Source of the DNA: Macrostomum hystrix
Lineage: Eukaryota > Animalia > Platyhelminthes
Assembly: GCA_950097015.1 (NCBI GenBank)
Contig: CATNEN010000007.1
Location: 12,834,001 to 12,898,000 of the forward strand
DNA length: 64,000 nt
Direction of reading: 5' to 3'
Made by a program: the position numbers and the translations under genes. The stretch's first letter is position 1. The number at the start of each line of letters is the position of its first letter. This document shows positions 34,931 through 47,027 of this stretch, piece by piece. Below the pieces are notes generated by a model. It saw only the letters and a program-made list of their open reading frames with translations. It made no database searches and was not told the origin of the DNA.

Positions 34931-35593
34931 AGATGGTGCTAAAGAGAGCTCAGGTAGCCCCCACTGTTAAAACTTGCTTCAGGCCGCAGGAAATGAGGAA
35001 GTCGTGAGTCGGGCCACGGCTGCAGAGCTTCGGCCCGATCCCAGTAGCCGAAAAGGCGAACGCGAATCACCACGCAAATATTTCTGGGCGGGACTGAAAG
35101 CTGGCGAATACAAAGTTGATGGAAAACAAATATGAAAGGACTTTGAAGCGCCGTACACTTATCTAACTCACGGACTCAAGCCGATAGGAAAAATTCACAA
35201 GAAAAACACAAAAAGGAAAAAATCACGGATCGCTTTAAACGTAGCTCGTAGTTTCAGAAAAGCAGAAAATAAGTGCTCATAAAAGCTTGTAATTTAGATA
35301 CAAGACGTTGAACAATATCAGCGACGACTCGTAAATGCCACGACACGGAAAAAACCAAAATTGCGTAAATGCTAAGAGCACAACAATGTGTTTTGTGACG
35401 ACATGCATACCAGCTGAACAGGCCCGCTGAAGTACAACTCAACAACTAGATGGGAAAATTTTAAACCACAGTGGTCTAAAATCTATTTAACAAAACAGAA
35501 TGTCAGCTGAGAAATTGGCTCCAAACAGACCAAACAGACCATCAGATGAGTCCAAACAGACAGGCAGAGTCCAAACAGACAGGCAGAGTCCAA

Positions 35594-35932
35594 ATAATAA
35601 TAATAATGATTTCAGGAAGGCTGCGGGCAGTGGCACATCATTTGGTGACACTAGACCCGCAGCCAGGGAAGAGGCAATTCTGCTCATTTCGCTGACTCCT
35701 GAGCACACACGCACACAGATGTGTACATCTGCCCTGACTTTCTCATCGTCAGGCAGTGTACACTTCACTGTGCCTTGGATGTTGGCCCTCAAGGGCGTAA
35801 ATTGCACGACAAGCCCTCAAGCCTTCTCTCCGCGGCTGCGCCCCAAATAAATGTGGCCTCGCCGTGGAATCGAACTTAGGGACCGTGGTGCGAGAGGCAA
35901 ACGCGATAACCACTCTGCCACCGACCCCCCTT
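35594..35932 (-). mobile_element. tRNA-derived SINE family A, full length with TSD
   Basis: Reverse complement of the 58728-59098 element; A/B boxes, (ATT)n tail, 12-bp TSD GGCAGAGTCCAA at 35582-35593 and 35933-35944. Confidence 0.9.
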
Positions 35933-36002
35933 GGCAGAGTCCAAGCAGATCGGCAGATTCCAAGCAGATAGGCAGATTCCAAGCAGATCGGCAGATTTGT
36001 CT

Positions 36003-36968
36003 TCAGATGCTCTGCTGACTTTTAACCACGGCGGCATTGTAGCTGAAGTCGGCGGAGGAGATCGAAGCCATGCCCGTTGCGGCGGAGCCAGAGGCGGCGG
36101 AGCTGCCGGCAGTGGAGCCGGAAAAGCGCAGTCGAGAAGCCCAGGTGGAGAAGGCCCGTGTCTGAGCCGAGCGCAGGTAGGCCTGGCGGAAGCGCGGGAT
36201 CTGGACCAGAGCCTCCCGGAACCGGCGGGACAGACGCATGGCCGAGCGTGCGCCGCGGGAATCGGCCGCCCAGGTGGCCGCGTCTTCGCGAGTGGCATTC
36301 CGGGAGGAGGTGTTGCGGCTGGCGCAGCGCCCGGCGGCCTCGGCGGAGAGGCTGGAGCTGCTGCCGCCGCTACCGCCGCTGCCTGGCTGGAAGCGGACCC
36401 GGCGGACGCGAACAGGCAAAGCGAAGCCGGCGGGCGGGACCTCCAGCAGCTCCAGGGACTCGGGCTGCGGAGCTGGCGCCTTGTAGCCCGTGCGGACGGC
36501 GCAGAGCACCCAGATGGTCAACTGGGCGAAGGAGCCGATGGTGGCCATCAGGTACAGCAGCACCCAGATCAGGTCGGTGGCAAGGAAGCGCATGCAGGGT
36601 TCGAGCTCCGCTTCGATCCAGTAGCCGGTCCCTAGGCAGTCGGGCTCGCTCTTGAAGAAGCTGGAGTTGAAGAGCAGCGTGAAGCAGGCCGCCAGAGCCA
36701 GCAGAGAGTGGAACACGAGGAGCACGATGTTCGGCACGAGGAAAAAACAGGTCTGCCAGAGGCCCTTGCCGAAGATGATGCCCAGCACGCCGAGCGCCAC
36801 GTCGCAGGGAGCGGTGTAGAAGCCGAACTTCAGGCGCACAGTCAGGTTCACGTTCTGCCGCGCCAGCCACTCGTAGACAAAGAGGATGATTAGGACGCCG
36901 CCAACGCCCACCTGCACGGAGCCAGCGATAAGGTGGGCCTCGCGCAGCCTCGGCGACACTCGGACCAT
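36003..36968 (-). CDS. CD20/MS4A-like four-TM protein with a long Ser/Arg/Ala-rich tail
   Basis: LREAHLIAGSVQ, FGFYTAP..VALGVLGIIFGKG, Cys pair in the second extracellular loop; sister gene of 38781-39443. Confidence 0.8.
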   Translation of the reverse strand: MVRVSPRLREAHLIAGSVQVGVGGVLIILFVYEWLARQNVNLTVRLKFGFYTAPCDVALGVLGIIFGKGLWQTCFFLVPNIVLLVFHSLLALAACFTLLFNSSFFKSEPDCLGTGYWIEAELEPCMRFLATDLIWVLLYLMATIGSFAQLTIWVLCAVRTGYKAPAPQPESLELLEVPPAGFALPVRVRRVRFQPGSGGSGGSSSSLSAEAAGRCASRNTSSRNATREDAATWAADSRGARSAMRLSRRFREALVQIPRFRQAYLRSAQTRAFSTWASRLRFSGSTAGSSAASGSAATGMASISSADFSYNAAVVKSQQSI

Positions 36969-37059
36969 GGCCTCTGAAGTCAGAAGGAATGAGGCCAGAG
37001 TGACCAAAGACCACCTGAGTACTTAAGCTCAGAGAAATGCACTTGTCTGCCCATCCTTC

Positions 37060-37432
37060 TCTCCCTGCTCTGCCAGCCCGCTCTGCCACCATGATCTGCC
37101 ACCCTGCTCTGCCACCCTGCTCTGCCACCCTGCTCTCCCCTGCTCTTCCCTGCTCTTCCCCCTGCTCTGCCACCCTGCTCCCCCTGCTCTCTCCCCTGCT
37201 CTGCCACCCTGCTCTCTCCCCTGCTCTTCCCCCTGCTCTGCCACCCTGCTCCCCCTGCTCTCTCCCCTGCTCTGCCACCCTGCTCTCTCCCCTGCTCTGC
37301 CACCCTGCTCTGCCACCCTGCTCTGCCACCCTGCTCTGCCACCCTGCTCTGCCACCCTGGTCTGCCACCCTGCTCTGCCAATATGCTCTGCCACCCTGCC
37401 CTCCCCCTGCCCCCCCTGCTCTGCCACCCTGC
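37060..37432. repeat. Pyrimidine-rich ~13-bp tandem repeat (CTCTGCCACCCTG)
   Basis: Directly visible. Confidence 0.9.
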
Positions 37433-37839
37433 TCTGTTGCGATAGAATTCGAGCAGTGATAAGAGAATTTAAGAAAAATTGAAGCGGTGACCTTAAGACC
37501 GCCGTCATTTGAATAATACTTATTCGTATACTTACATTTGTAATAATCATTAAGAAGTTCCAAAAACAGTCGGATCCTCTTCTAAAACAGCTGGCACAAA
37601 AACAACAAAAACTATGAGTAGAGCGGGATGAAACTTCAAAAGAACAACGGAAATGCCTTTGTCCAGGGACAAGAGAACAACTCGACTAGCGCTGCACATG
37701 AAAGCGAAAACTGCACTGGCAAGATTCAGCGTATGTGACAACATCCAAGGACAGCTTACTTACTACATTGATACTGCTTCAAAAGGGAGCTTTTGAAATG
37801 TCTGATAAAAAATAGGCCAAAACTGGCCAAAAAATATCA

Positions 37840-38765
37840 TTCAATCTGCCATCCAATATGCTATTGAATCTGCCATCCAATCGGCGATTCAAATCTGCCA
37901 TCCATTCCAATCTGCCATCCATTCCAATCTGCCATTCATTTCCAATCTGCCATCCATTTCCAATCTGCCATCCATTCCAATCTGCCATCCATTCCAATCT
38001 GCCATCCATTTCCAATCTGCCATCCATTCCAATCTGCCATCCATTCCAATCTGCCATCCATTCCAATCTGCCATCCATTTCCAATCTGCCATCCATTTCC
38101 AATCTGCCATCCATTTCCAATCTGCCATCCATTCCAATCTGCCATCCATTCCAATCTGCCATCCATTCCAATCTGCCATCCATTCCAATCTGCCATCCAT
38201 TCCAATCTGCCATCCATTCCAATCTGCCATCCATTTCCAATCTGCCATCCATTTCCAATCTGCCATCCATTCCAATCTGCCATCCATTTCCAATCTGCCA
38301 TCCATTCCAATCTGCCATCCATTTCCAATCTGCCATCCATTTCCAATCTGCCATCCATTTCCAATCTGCCATCCATTCCAATCTGCCATCCATTTCCAAT
38401 CCGCTATCCATTCCAATCTGCCATCCATTCCAATCTGCCATCCATTTCCAATCTGCCATCCATTCCAATCTGCCATCCATTCCAATCTGCCATCCATTCC
38501 AATCTGCCATCCATTTCCAATCTGCCATCCATTTCCAATCTGCCATCCATTTCCAATCTGCCATCCATTCCAATCTGCCATCCATTCCAATCTGCCATCC
38601 ATTTCCAATCTGCTATCCATTCCAATCTGCCATCCATTCCAATCTGCCATCCATTCCAATCTGCCATCCATTCCAATCTGCCATCCATTCCAATCTGCCA
38701 TCCATTTCCAATCTGCCATTCATTCTAATCTGCCATCCAGTCTGCCATTTAGTCTGCCATCCAAT
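37840..38765. repeat. 18/19-bp minisatellite (AATCTGCCATCCATT(T)CC)
   Basis: ~48 copies beginning right after the 38781 stop. Confidence 0.95.
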
Positions 38766-38780
38766 TGCACTCCACTGCTT

Positions 38781-39443
38781 TCACTCCGCCCACCAGCGCG
38801 GCCACAGCGCTGCCTGCAGCTGCCAGGAGCGATCGAGCTGATCCCCAGCGGCGGAGTCAGCCGGCAGAGCTGTTTGAGGCCCGGACTGGCCAGCTGCAGA
38901 AAAGTCGGCGGCTTCAACGAAGGGAGTGGCCGTCCCAGCCGCAGTCGCCGCAGCCGCTGGCTGTGTCTCGGTCCAGATGCAGTTGGCGGCCAGCATGTAG
39001 AACACCAGCTGTACGATGTTGACGGCCAGGGTGACGAGGAACAGCAGGATCCAGACGATGTCGGCCGGCTCGAAAAGCATGCAGGGCTCGCTCCAGAAAC
39101 AGTCGGAGCTGTTGAAGCGCTGGAGCAACGAGTCCGCTGGCAGCAGCACGCAGGGCGCCGTGCCCGACACAATCAGCATGACCAGGAATGCGGAGCTGGC
39201 GGCCACGAAAGCGCTCCGCTGGCAGCAGCCCTTGCCGAATAGGATGCCGAGAATGCCGGCTGTGAGCAGCAGCGGCGCGGTCCAGAAGCCGCTTCGCATG
39301 CGGGCGCGGAAGCTGAAGTCGCGGCGCAGGCCCTGCTCGTCAAGCAGTAGGATGATGAGCGCGCAGCCCAAGCCGAACTGGGCCGCGCCCGTTCCCAGCT
39401 GCACCTCCCTCACACGGGTTGGCACGATCCTGTGCGTCACCAT
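38781..39443 (-). CDS. CD20/MS4A-like four-TM protein
   Basis: RIVPTRVREVQLGTGAAQ, SGFWTAP...AGILGILFGKGCC, loop with DC...EPC; the frame is open further up to a candidate acceptor at 39494. Confidence 0.8.
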   Translation of the reverse strand: MVTHRIVPTRVREVQLGTGAAQFGLGCALIILLLDEQGLRRDFSFRARMRSGFWTAPLLLTAGILGILFGKGCCQRSAFVAASSAFLVMLIVSGTAPCVLLPADSLLQRFNSSDCFWSEPCMLFEPADIVWILLFLVTLAVNIVQLVFYMLAANCIWTETQPAAAATAAGTATPFVEAADFSAAGQSGPQTALPADSAAGDQLDRSWQLQAALWPRWWAE

Positions 39444-39934
39444 GGCAACGCGCTGGGCTGTGGAGTTGGCGAGCGGGAGTTCTATTCTTAGCACCTGCTT
39501 CTTATCTGCTAGTCTAGCTAAGTCTTATAGCCACACGCCTCAGCTAATGAGATGTAGATGAAAATAAAAAGAATAAATGATAATGATAATGACAATAAGC
39601 TTATAAATGATGTAAAAAAAATTAAAAAGTTCTGCACTGCAGCGGGTTCAGTATATATATATATTTGTATTGTCTAAATTTTGATGTGGAAATCAGTTTT
39701 CAGAGCAGAATGACAAAAGCGGTTCGTAACAAAGTACGAGTATTTTTCACAAAGATGGTAGAAATTTCACGTTAAAAATATAGTTTTGGAAGACAAACTA
39801 GCGGTAAAGAATAGATTTATTTGCAAAGCTGCTTACTTAACCTCTGAGCAAATTATGAGAAAACTTTTTAGTGAGATGCGAATAGAATTAGTACAGCGAA
39901 ATCTTGCTACCCACATCACAGATGTGATCTTGCT

Positions 39935-42172
39935 AACCATCACTCACTGACCATCACTCACTGACCATCACTCACTGAACATCACCCACTAACCATCACA
40001 CACTGACCATCACACACTGACCATCACAGACTGACCATCACACACTGACCATCACACACTGACCATCACTCACTGACCATCACACACTGACCATCACACA
40101 CTAACCATCACACACTAACCATCACACACTAACCATCACACACTGACCATCACTCACTGACCATCACTCACTGACCATCACTCACTGACCATCACACACT
40201 AACCATCACACACTGACCATCACTCACTGACCATCACACACTGACCATCACTCACTGACCATCACTCACTGACCATCACACACTAACCATCACACACTGA
40301 CCATCACTCACTGACCATCACACACTAACCATCACACACTGACCATCACTCACTGACCATCACACACTAACCATCACACACTGACCATCACTCACTGACC
40401 ATCACACACTAACCATCACACACTGACCATCACACACTAACCATCACACACTAACCATCACACACTAACCATCACACACTGACCATCACTCACTGACCAT
40501 CACAGACTGACCATCACACACTGACCATCACACACTGACCATCACTCACTGACCATCACACACTGACCATCACACACTAACCATCACACACTAACCATCA
40601 CACACTAACCATCACACACTGACCATCACTCACTGACCATCACTCACTGACCATCACTCACTGACCATCACACACTAACCATCACACACTGACCATCACT
40701 CACTGACCATCACACACTGACCATCACTCACTGACCATCACTCACTGACCATCACACACTAACCATCACACACTGACCATCACTCACTGACCATCACACA
40801 CTAACCATCACACACTGACCATCACTCACTGACCATCACACACTAACCATCACACACTGACCATCACTCACTGACCATCACACACTAACCATCACACACT
40901 GACCATCACACACTAACCATCACACACTAACCATCACACACTAACCATCACACACTGACCATCACTCACTGACCATCACTCACTGACCATCACTCACTGA
41001 CCATCACTCACTGACCATCACACACTAACCATCACACACTGACCATCACTCACTGACCATCACACACTAACCATCACACACTGACCATCACACACTAACC
41101 ATCACACACTAACCATCACACACTAACCATCACACACTGACCATCACTCACTGACCATCACTCACTGACCATCACTCACTGACCATCACTCACTGACCAT
41201 CACACACTAACCATCACACACTGACCATCACTCACTGACCATCACTCACTGACCATCACACACTGACCATCACACACTGACCATCACTCACTGACCATCA
41301 CACACTGACCATCACACACTAACCATCACACACTAACCATCACACACTGACCATCACTCACTGACCATCACTCACTGACCATCACACACTGACCATCACA
41401 CACTGACCATCACACACTGACCATCACTCACTGACCATCACACACTGACCATCACTCACTGACCATCACTCACTGACCATCACACACTGACCATCACAGA
41501 CTGACCATCACACACTGACCATCACACACTGACCATCACTCACTGACCATCACACACTGACCATCACACACTAACCATCACACACTAACCATCACACACT
41601 AACCATCACACACTGACCATCACTCACTGACCATCACTCACTGACCATCACTCACTGACCATCACACACTAACCATCACACACTGACCATCACTCACTGA
41701 CCATCACTCACTGACCATCACACACTGACCATCACTCACTGACCATCACTCACTGACCATCACACACTAACCATCACACACTGACCATCACTCACTGACC
41801 ATCACACACTAACCATCACACACTGACCATCACTCACTGACCATCACACACTAACCATCACACACTGACCATCACTCACTGACCATCACACACTAACCAT
41901 CACACACTGACCATCACACACTAACCATCACACACTAACCATCACACACTAACCATCACACACTGACCATCACTCACTGACCATCACTCACTGACCATCA
42001 CTCACTGACCATCACTCACTGACCATCACACACTAACCATCACACACTGACCATCACACACTGACCATCACTCACTGACCATCACTCACTGACCATCACA
42101 CACTAACCATCACACACTGACCATCACTCACTGACCATCACACACTGACCATCACACACTGACCATCACTCA
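39935..42172. repeat. 14-bp satellite (CTRACCATCACWCA), ~160 copies
   Basis: Directly visible, with three main variants. Confidence 0.97.
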
Positions 42173-42555
42173 GTGTGCTGGCTGGCGACGACCCGCAATG
42201 TCTGGTTGCCGTTGCTTTATGTTGCGGTCTTCATAGCACCTGTTGCCTGTGTAGGGCGTGACGGCCGAGACGGCGACAAGGCAGATGAAGGCGGCCACGC
42301 AGGTGAGAATGGCGAATACTAGGCAAGCCACGACGCTGCAAAGCACAACAGACCAAAGATGCCCGCCGCCAGCTGCGCGAACGGCGCCAACGAGGAGCCG
42401 ACGCCGGTTGAGGCAAAGCCCCCAGCGATGCCGAAGGCGGAGACCAGCAGCAGAAGGCAGAACAGGCTGATCTGGAGGCCGCCAATGATCACGTCACTCC
42501 ATCCTAAGGCCGCGGGGAGTCGCTCCGCGAAAGTGTTCGCTGGCTGCTGCGGCCG
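42170..42555 (-). pseudogene. CD20/MS4A-like pseudogene truncated by the 14-bp satellite
   Basis: TFAERLPAALGWSDVIIGGLQISLF...LAAGIFGL, frameshift near 42340, then CSVVACLVFAILTC; no TM4 and no ATG; phase-0 acceptor CTACTGCAG|CGG. Confidence 0.8.
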
Positions 42556-42984
42556 CTGCAGTAGAAGACGTCATTGTGTTCAGACTACTGCGCATAGTGA
42601 AATGAGTAGTATAGTTTGCACATTACGCGAGAAATTTATAAAAAAATAACAAAAGAAACGAACTAACTGCAGCAATTAAAAACGCGCTAGCTTTTCTATT
42701 TAGGAGAGCATTTAAAATATTTCTTTTGTATGGCAACAAGTACTTTAATCATGATACAGCGTCGACGTATAAAAAGGCGAGTGCTTGAGTAAAAATTGTT
42801 AAATATTAGGACAACGTTTGAACGTTTGCAATCAGCTGCGAAAAAGGAGCGGCTTTGGCGCTGTGAGAAACTGGAAGACTTCGCCATGAAACCAGATTTA
42901 AAAAGATTTCGCAATAAATCATTATCGAAACTAAGAAACACAAAACTAACTATAAAAAACGACAGGCAAAGCTTGGCACCGCAC

Positions 42985-43990
42985 TGACAGTGCCAGTCTG
43001 ACACACATTGGCTGACCAGTGCCAGTCTGACACACACTGGCTGACCAGTGCCAGCCTGACATACACTGGCTGACCAGTGCCAGCCTGACACACACTGGCT
43101 GACCAGTGCCAGTCTGACACACACTGGCTGACCAGTGCCAGTCTGACACACACTGGCTGACCAGTGCCAGTCTGACACACACTGGCTGACCAGTGCCAGC
43201 CTGACATACACTGGCTGACCAGTGCCAGCCTGACACACACTGGCTGACCAGTGCCAGTCTGACACACACTGGCTGACCAGTGCCAGCCTGACATACACTG
43301 GCTGACCAGTGCCAGCCTGACACACACTGGCTGACCAGTGCCAGCCTGACATACACTGGCTGACCAGTGCCAGCCTGACACACACTGGCTGACCAGTGCC
43401 AGTCTGACACACACTGGCTGACCAGTGCCAGCCTGACATACACTGGCTGACCAGTGCCAGTCTGACACACACTGACTGACCAGTGCCAGCCTGACACACA
43501 CTGGCTGACCAGTGCCAGCCTGACACACACTGACTGACCAGTGCCAGCCTGACACACACTGACTGACCAGTGCCATCCTGACACACACAGACCAGTGCCA
43601 GCCTGACACACACTGACTGACCAGTGCCAGCCTGACACACTGACTGACCAGTGCCAGCCTGACACACACAGACCAGTGCCAGCCTGACACACACTGACTG
43701 ACCAGTGCCAGCCTGACACACTGACTGACCAGTGCCAGCCTGACACACACAGACCAGTGCCAGCCTGACACACACTGACTGACCAGTGCCAGCCTGACAC
43801 ACTGACTGACCAGTGCCAGCCTGACACACACAGACCAGTGCCAGCCTGACACACACTGACTGACCAGTGCAAGCCTGACACACACTGACTGACCAGTGCC
43901 AGCCTGACACACACAGACCAGTGCCAGCCTGACACACACTAACTGACCAGTGCCAGCCTGACACACACTGACCAGTGCCAGTCTGTCACT
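42985..43990. repeat. ~29-bp minisatellite with 25/27-bp variants
   Basis: Unit GCCAGCCTGACACACACTGGCTGACCAGT. Confidence 0.95.
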
Positions 43991-44218
43991 CTGACACTGA
44001 CAAAAAACCCTGGACACAATGCGGTGCCAAGGAAAGTCACGGAGTAAACACTTAACGATACCAATGACACGTGCAAATAAAATGGAATGCCTGGTGCTGA
44101 AATCTGCGATACAAAAAAAGCTTTAAAGCTTGCTAAACCTGCTAAAGTACACGAGTCATGTGGCGCACTGCAGAAATTTCACACAAAGTTTTCGTCGCCG
44201 AAGCAGGTCGGCGGCTCA

Positions 44219-45028
44219 TCATTCTTTTGGCGGCGCGCTGGCCGCGGCCGGCCTAGCGGCGGTCTCCCGCATTATCTGGTCGTAGGACGGCGGCTGCTCC
44301 GGGGCGGAGTGCGGCGGCGGATAGCTCGGATTGAAGGCCGGCTGCTGCGCGGGGTACGGGTGGTACGGTGGCTGCGCCTGCGGCTGCTGCGCGGGGTACG
44401 GGTGGTACGGTGGCTGCGCCTGCGGCTGCTGCGTGGGGTACGGGTAGTAAGGCGGCTGCTGCTGCTGATGCTGCGGCGGCGAGCCCACGGTGATGACCTG
44501 CGTGACCAGGTAGGGAGAGCCCGGCTGCATAGGCGGGGCAGCGGGCACGCAGCAGCAGGAGGCGCGGCAGGCATAGACGGAGTGCACGATGGCCAGCACG
44601 AACTCGAAGGCGAACAGCAGGGCACTCAGGATGTTCGTGGCGTAGGTTGTGCGCAGCAGCGATTCACTGCCGCGGGCGCTGGAGCTCCTGTAGTTGAAGG
44701 CGTAAATATTGCTGGAAGCCATGATGGAGTCGAGCACGAGGCCGGGGAAAGCCAGGGCGCTGGCAATGATGGAGAACACCAGGCAGCTGACCACACAGCC
44801 GAGGGTGCCGCAGGAGCCGCGCCCGGCATGGAGGCCGCAGATGCCCGCAACGATGATGAAGGGGCCGGCCCAGAAGCCGCTGGCCACAGAGAAATAGTCC
44901 TGCTTGGTAGACAGGCCGATGATGGTGAGCAGGACGAGCAGGCAGCCCACCGTGATCTGCATGATGCCCAGGGTCACGTGACTCCGCAGGACCGCCGTCG
45001 GCACGCGGCTGGCGTAGTTGCTGGCCAT
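44219..45028 (-). CDS. CD20/MS4A-like four-TM protein with a Pro/Gln/Tyr-rich tail
   Basis: YASRVPTAVLRSHVTLGIMQ, SGFWAGPFIIVAGICG, CTLGCVVSCLVFSI-type segment, AIVHSVYACRASCCC, 42-bp coding repeat, PPSY. Confidence 0.92.
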   Translation of the reverse strand: MASNYASRVPTAVLRSHVTLGIMQITVGCLLVLLTIIGLSTKQDYFSVASGFWAGPFIIVAGICGLHAGRGSCGTLGCVVSCLVFSIIASALAFPGLVLDSIMASSNIYAFNYRSSSARGSESLLRTTYATNILSALLFAFEFVLAIVHSVYACRASCCCVPAAPPMQPGSPYLVTQVITVGSPPQHQQQQPPYYPYPTQQPQAQPPYHPYPAQQPQAQPPYHPYPAQQPAFNPSYPPPHSAPEQPPSYDQIMRETAARPAAASAPPKE

Positions 45029-45429
45029 TCGGAAGCTATGGCGCGCTGCGGGCGGGGGGGGGGCGCCAAGGGATTTCGAAAGCTCATATCAGCAATTCGG
45101 ATTGGCATTTCTGTGCTCCAGAATAACGGAATGAAAAACTAAGTCCACAGGCTGCACTCGCTTGTTGAAATATATTAGCCTGAACATTTTTTGATCATTT
45201 TTATTCTGAATAAGTAAAAAAGCTGACAGACCGGCGGAATGCAAATATTGCTGATGAAATCACGCGAGAAAGATAAAGCAGATTGGCCTGCACACAACAG
45301 GAAAAACTCCGTGTCAAAAGCCAATAGGCTAAAATAGCAACCACAGAACCGTTATGACAAAAATATTGTCAAATGCCAAATGAGCAAAAGGCACGGAAGC
45401 AGCCTGGATAGTACACAACTTTGTACTAA

Positions 45430-45672
45430 CCCCAGCTAAAGCATGAATGTGTACAGGTCAGCACAATGACCCCAGCTAGAGCATGAATGTGTACAAGTCA
45501 GCACAATGACCCCAGCTAGAGCATGAATGTGTACAAGTCAGCACAATGACCCCAGCTAGAGCATGAATGTGTACAAGTCAGCACAATGACCCCCAGATAG
45601 TGCATGAATGTGCGCAGGTCAGAACAATGACCCCAGATAGCATATGAATGTGTGCAGGTCAGCACAATGACG
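45430..45672. repeat. 39-bp minisatellite
   Basis: ~6 copies of CCCCAGCTAGAGCATGAATGTGTACAAGTCAGCACAATGA. Confidence 0.9.
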
Positions 45673-45728
45673 TAGGCAAGGATGAACAAGTCATCAAGAC
45701 AGCTAACAGCAAGAGGCCAGAATCTCCG

Positions 45729-46331
45729 TCAGTAGCGGCAGGGCTGCTCGCTGCTCACGAACTGAGACTGTGGCGACATCGCCCGGTTCTGCTGACCGCC
45801 TTCCGGCCAGCCTTCGGAAGCGCCGTCAAACGGTGCTTCCACGCGCCGTCTGGGACGGCAGGTGAAGCGGGCGGCGATGCAGGCGTGCAACAGCGAGGCG
45901 GCCATAGCGAGAACCAGCAGGCAGCAGATAATGATGTCCGCCACCACGACGCAGCGCGGCCCGAGCGTCCTGAAGCCGGGGCAGAAGCGGTTGATGCGCA
46001 CAGCAGCCGCAGCGAGGCAGCCGACTGCGGTACCGAAGGCGCCAGTGCTAAGGATCTGGCAGGCGAGGTTTAGCCGGACGGCCCGACGCGGCAGGTGGAC
46101 AGCCAGAAGGCCGAGGACGCCAGCCACAACGCAGGCAGGACTGGCCGATACGCCAAAGGGACTGCTGACGTTGTGACCGGTGGCCAGGCTGGCAATGCTC
46201 GAGACAAACAGTGACACGCCGACTGCGACTTGCAGCCAGCCGAGGGTCACGTGACTTCGGCGCAGCCAGTCCGGCAGCGGGAAGCTGCGGCTGCCACCGC
46301 TGCGAGCGGCTTGGGTTTTACAGCCCTTCAT
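45729..46331 (-). CDS. CD20/MS4A-like four-TM protein
   Basis: LPDWLRRSHVTLGWLQ, four TMs, LHACIAARFTC; acceptor CACTTTCAG|CAG CTG ATG in frame. The 5' extension in the ORF track is a microsatellite. Confidence 0.8.
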   Translation of the reverse strand: MKGCKTQAARSGGSRSFPLPDWLRRSHVTLGWLQVAVGVSLFVSSIASLATGHNVSSPFGVSASPACVVAGVLGLLAVHLPRRAVRLNLACQILSTGAFGTAVGCLAAAAVRINRFCPGFRTLGPRCVVVADIIICCLLVLAMAASLLHACIAARFTCRPRRRVEAPFDGASEGWPEGGQQNRAMSPQSQFVSSEQPCRY

Positions 46332-46371
46332 CAGCTGCTGAAAGTGAGAGCAGATGGACATGGATTTGATA

Positions 46372-46535
46372 ACCTGACCTGACCTGACCTGACCCGACCT
46401 GACCCGACCTGACCTGACCTGACCTGACCTGACCTGACCTGGCCTGACCTGACCTGGCCCGACCTGACCTGACCTGACCTGGCCCGACCTGACCTGACCT
46501 GACCTGACCTGACTTGACCTGACCTGACCTGACCT
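46372..46535. repeat. Pentanucleotide microsatellite (ACCTG)n
   Basis: ~32 copies. Confidence 0.95.
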
Positions 46536-47027
46536 AGCTGGAAAATAGAAAACACAGAAAGTGAGCGAATAACGGCTAAATATTAAGGTTAGAATGTTGC
46601 TCGATATCAAGGTGTGCGAGGTGCATCAGATTATGCTATAAATATTGGAATATGCGCTAAACGCACAATACTGCATTCGGGCTACTGCATGCCAGAACAG
46701 CATTAAAAGCTGCGAATGTATAGGTATAGGTATAAAGTGACGAAGAGAGAAGTGTGACGTTAGAAAAAGTCACATGATTTGCTGATAGGGGCGGTGCCAA
46801 CTGGGCAGAAGTCGCGAAGGAGTTAGAAGTAGAGAATATCTATAAAAAAGACTAGTTGAAGCAAGCATAGTCAACAAAATCTCTGCTCACGGGTAGCAGA
46901 TAGAAAATAACAAACATAAAAGCGCCTCACTCCTAGATAAAACGTGTGCAAAAAGCATCGGAAAATAATAAAGACTAGACAACCATTGCGAACCAAATGC
47001 ACAGCTAAGAGTAAAGCTAATTCAATA

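Noticed and set aside
35000-35150. Hairpin plus a stretch faintly resembling large-subunit rRNA
   Set aside because: Similarity is limited to a short purine-rich run, with no extended rRNA match
44087-45142. Plus-strand ORFs overlapping the tetraspan, GRWD1 and proline-rich genes
   Set aside because: Antisense shadows of GC3-rich coding sequence
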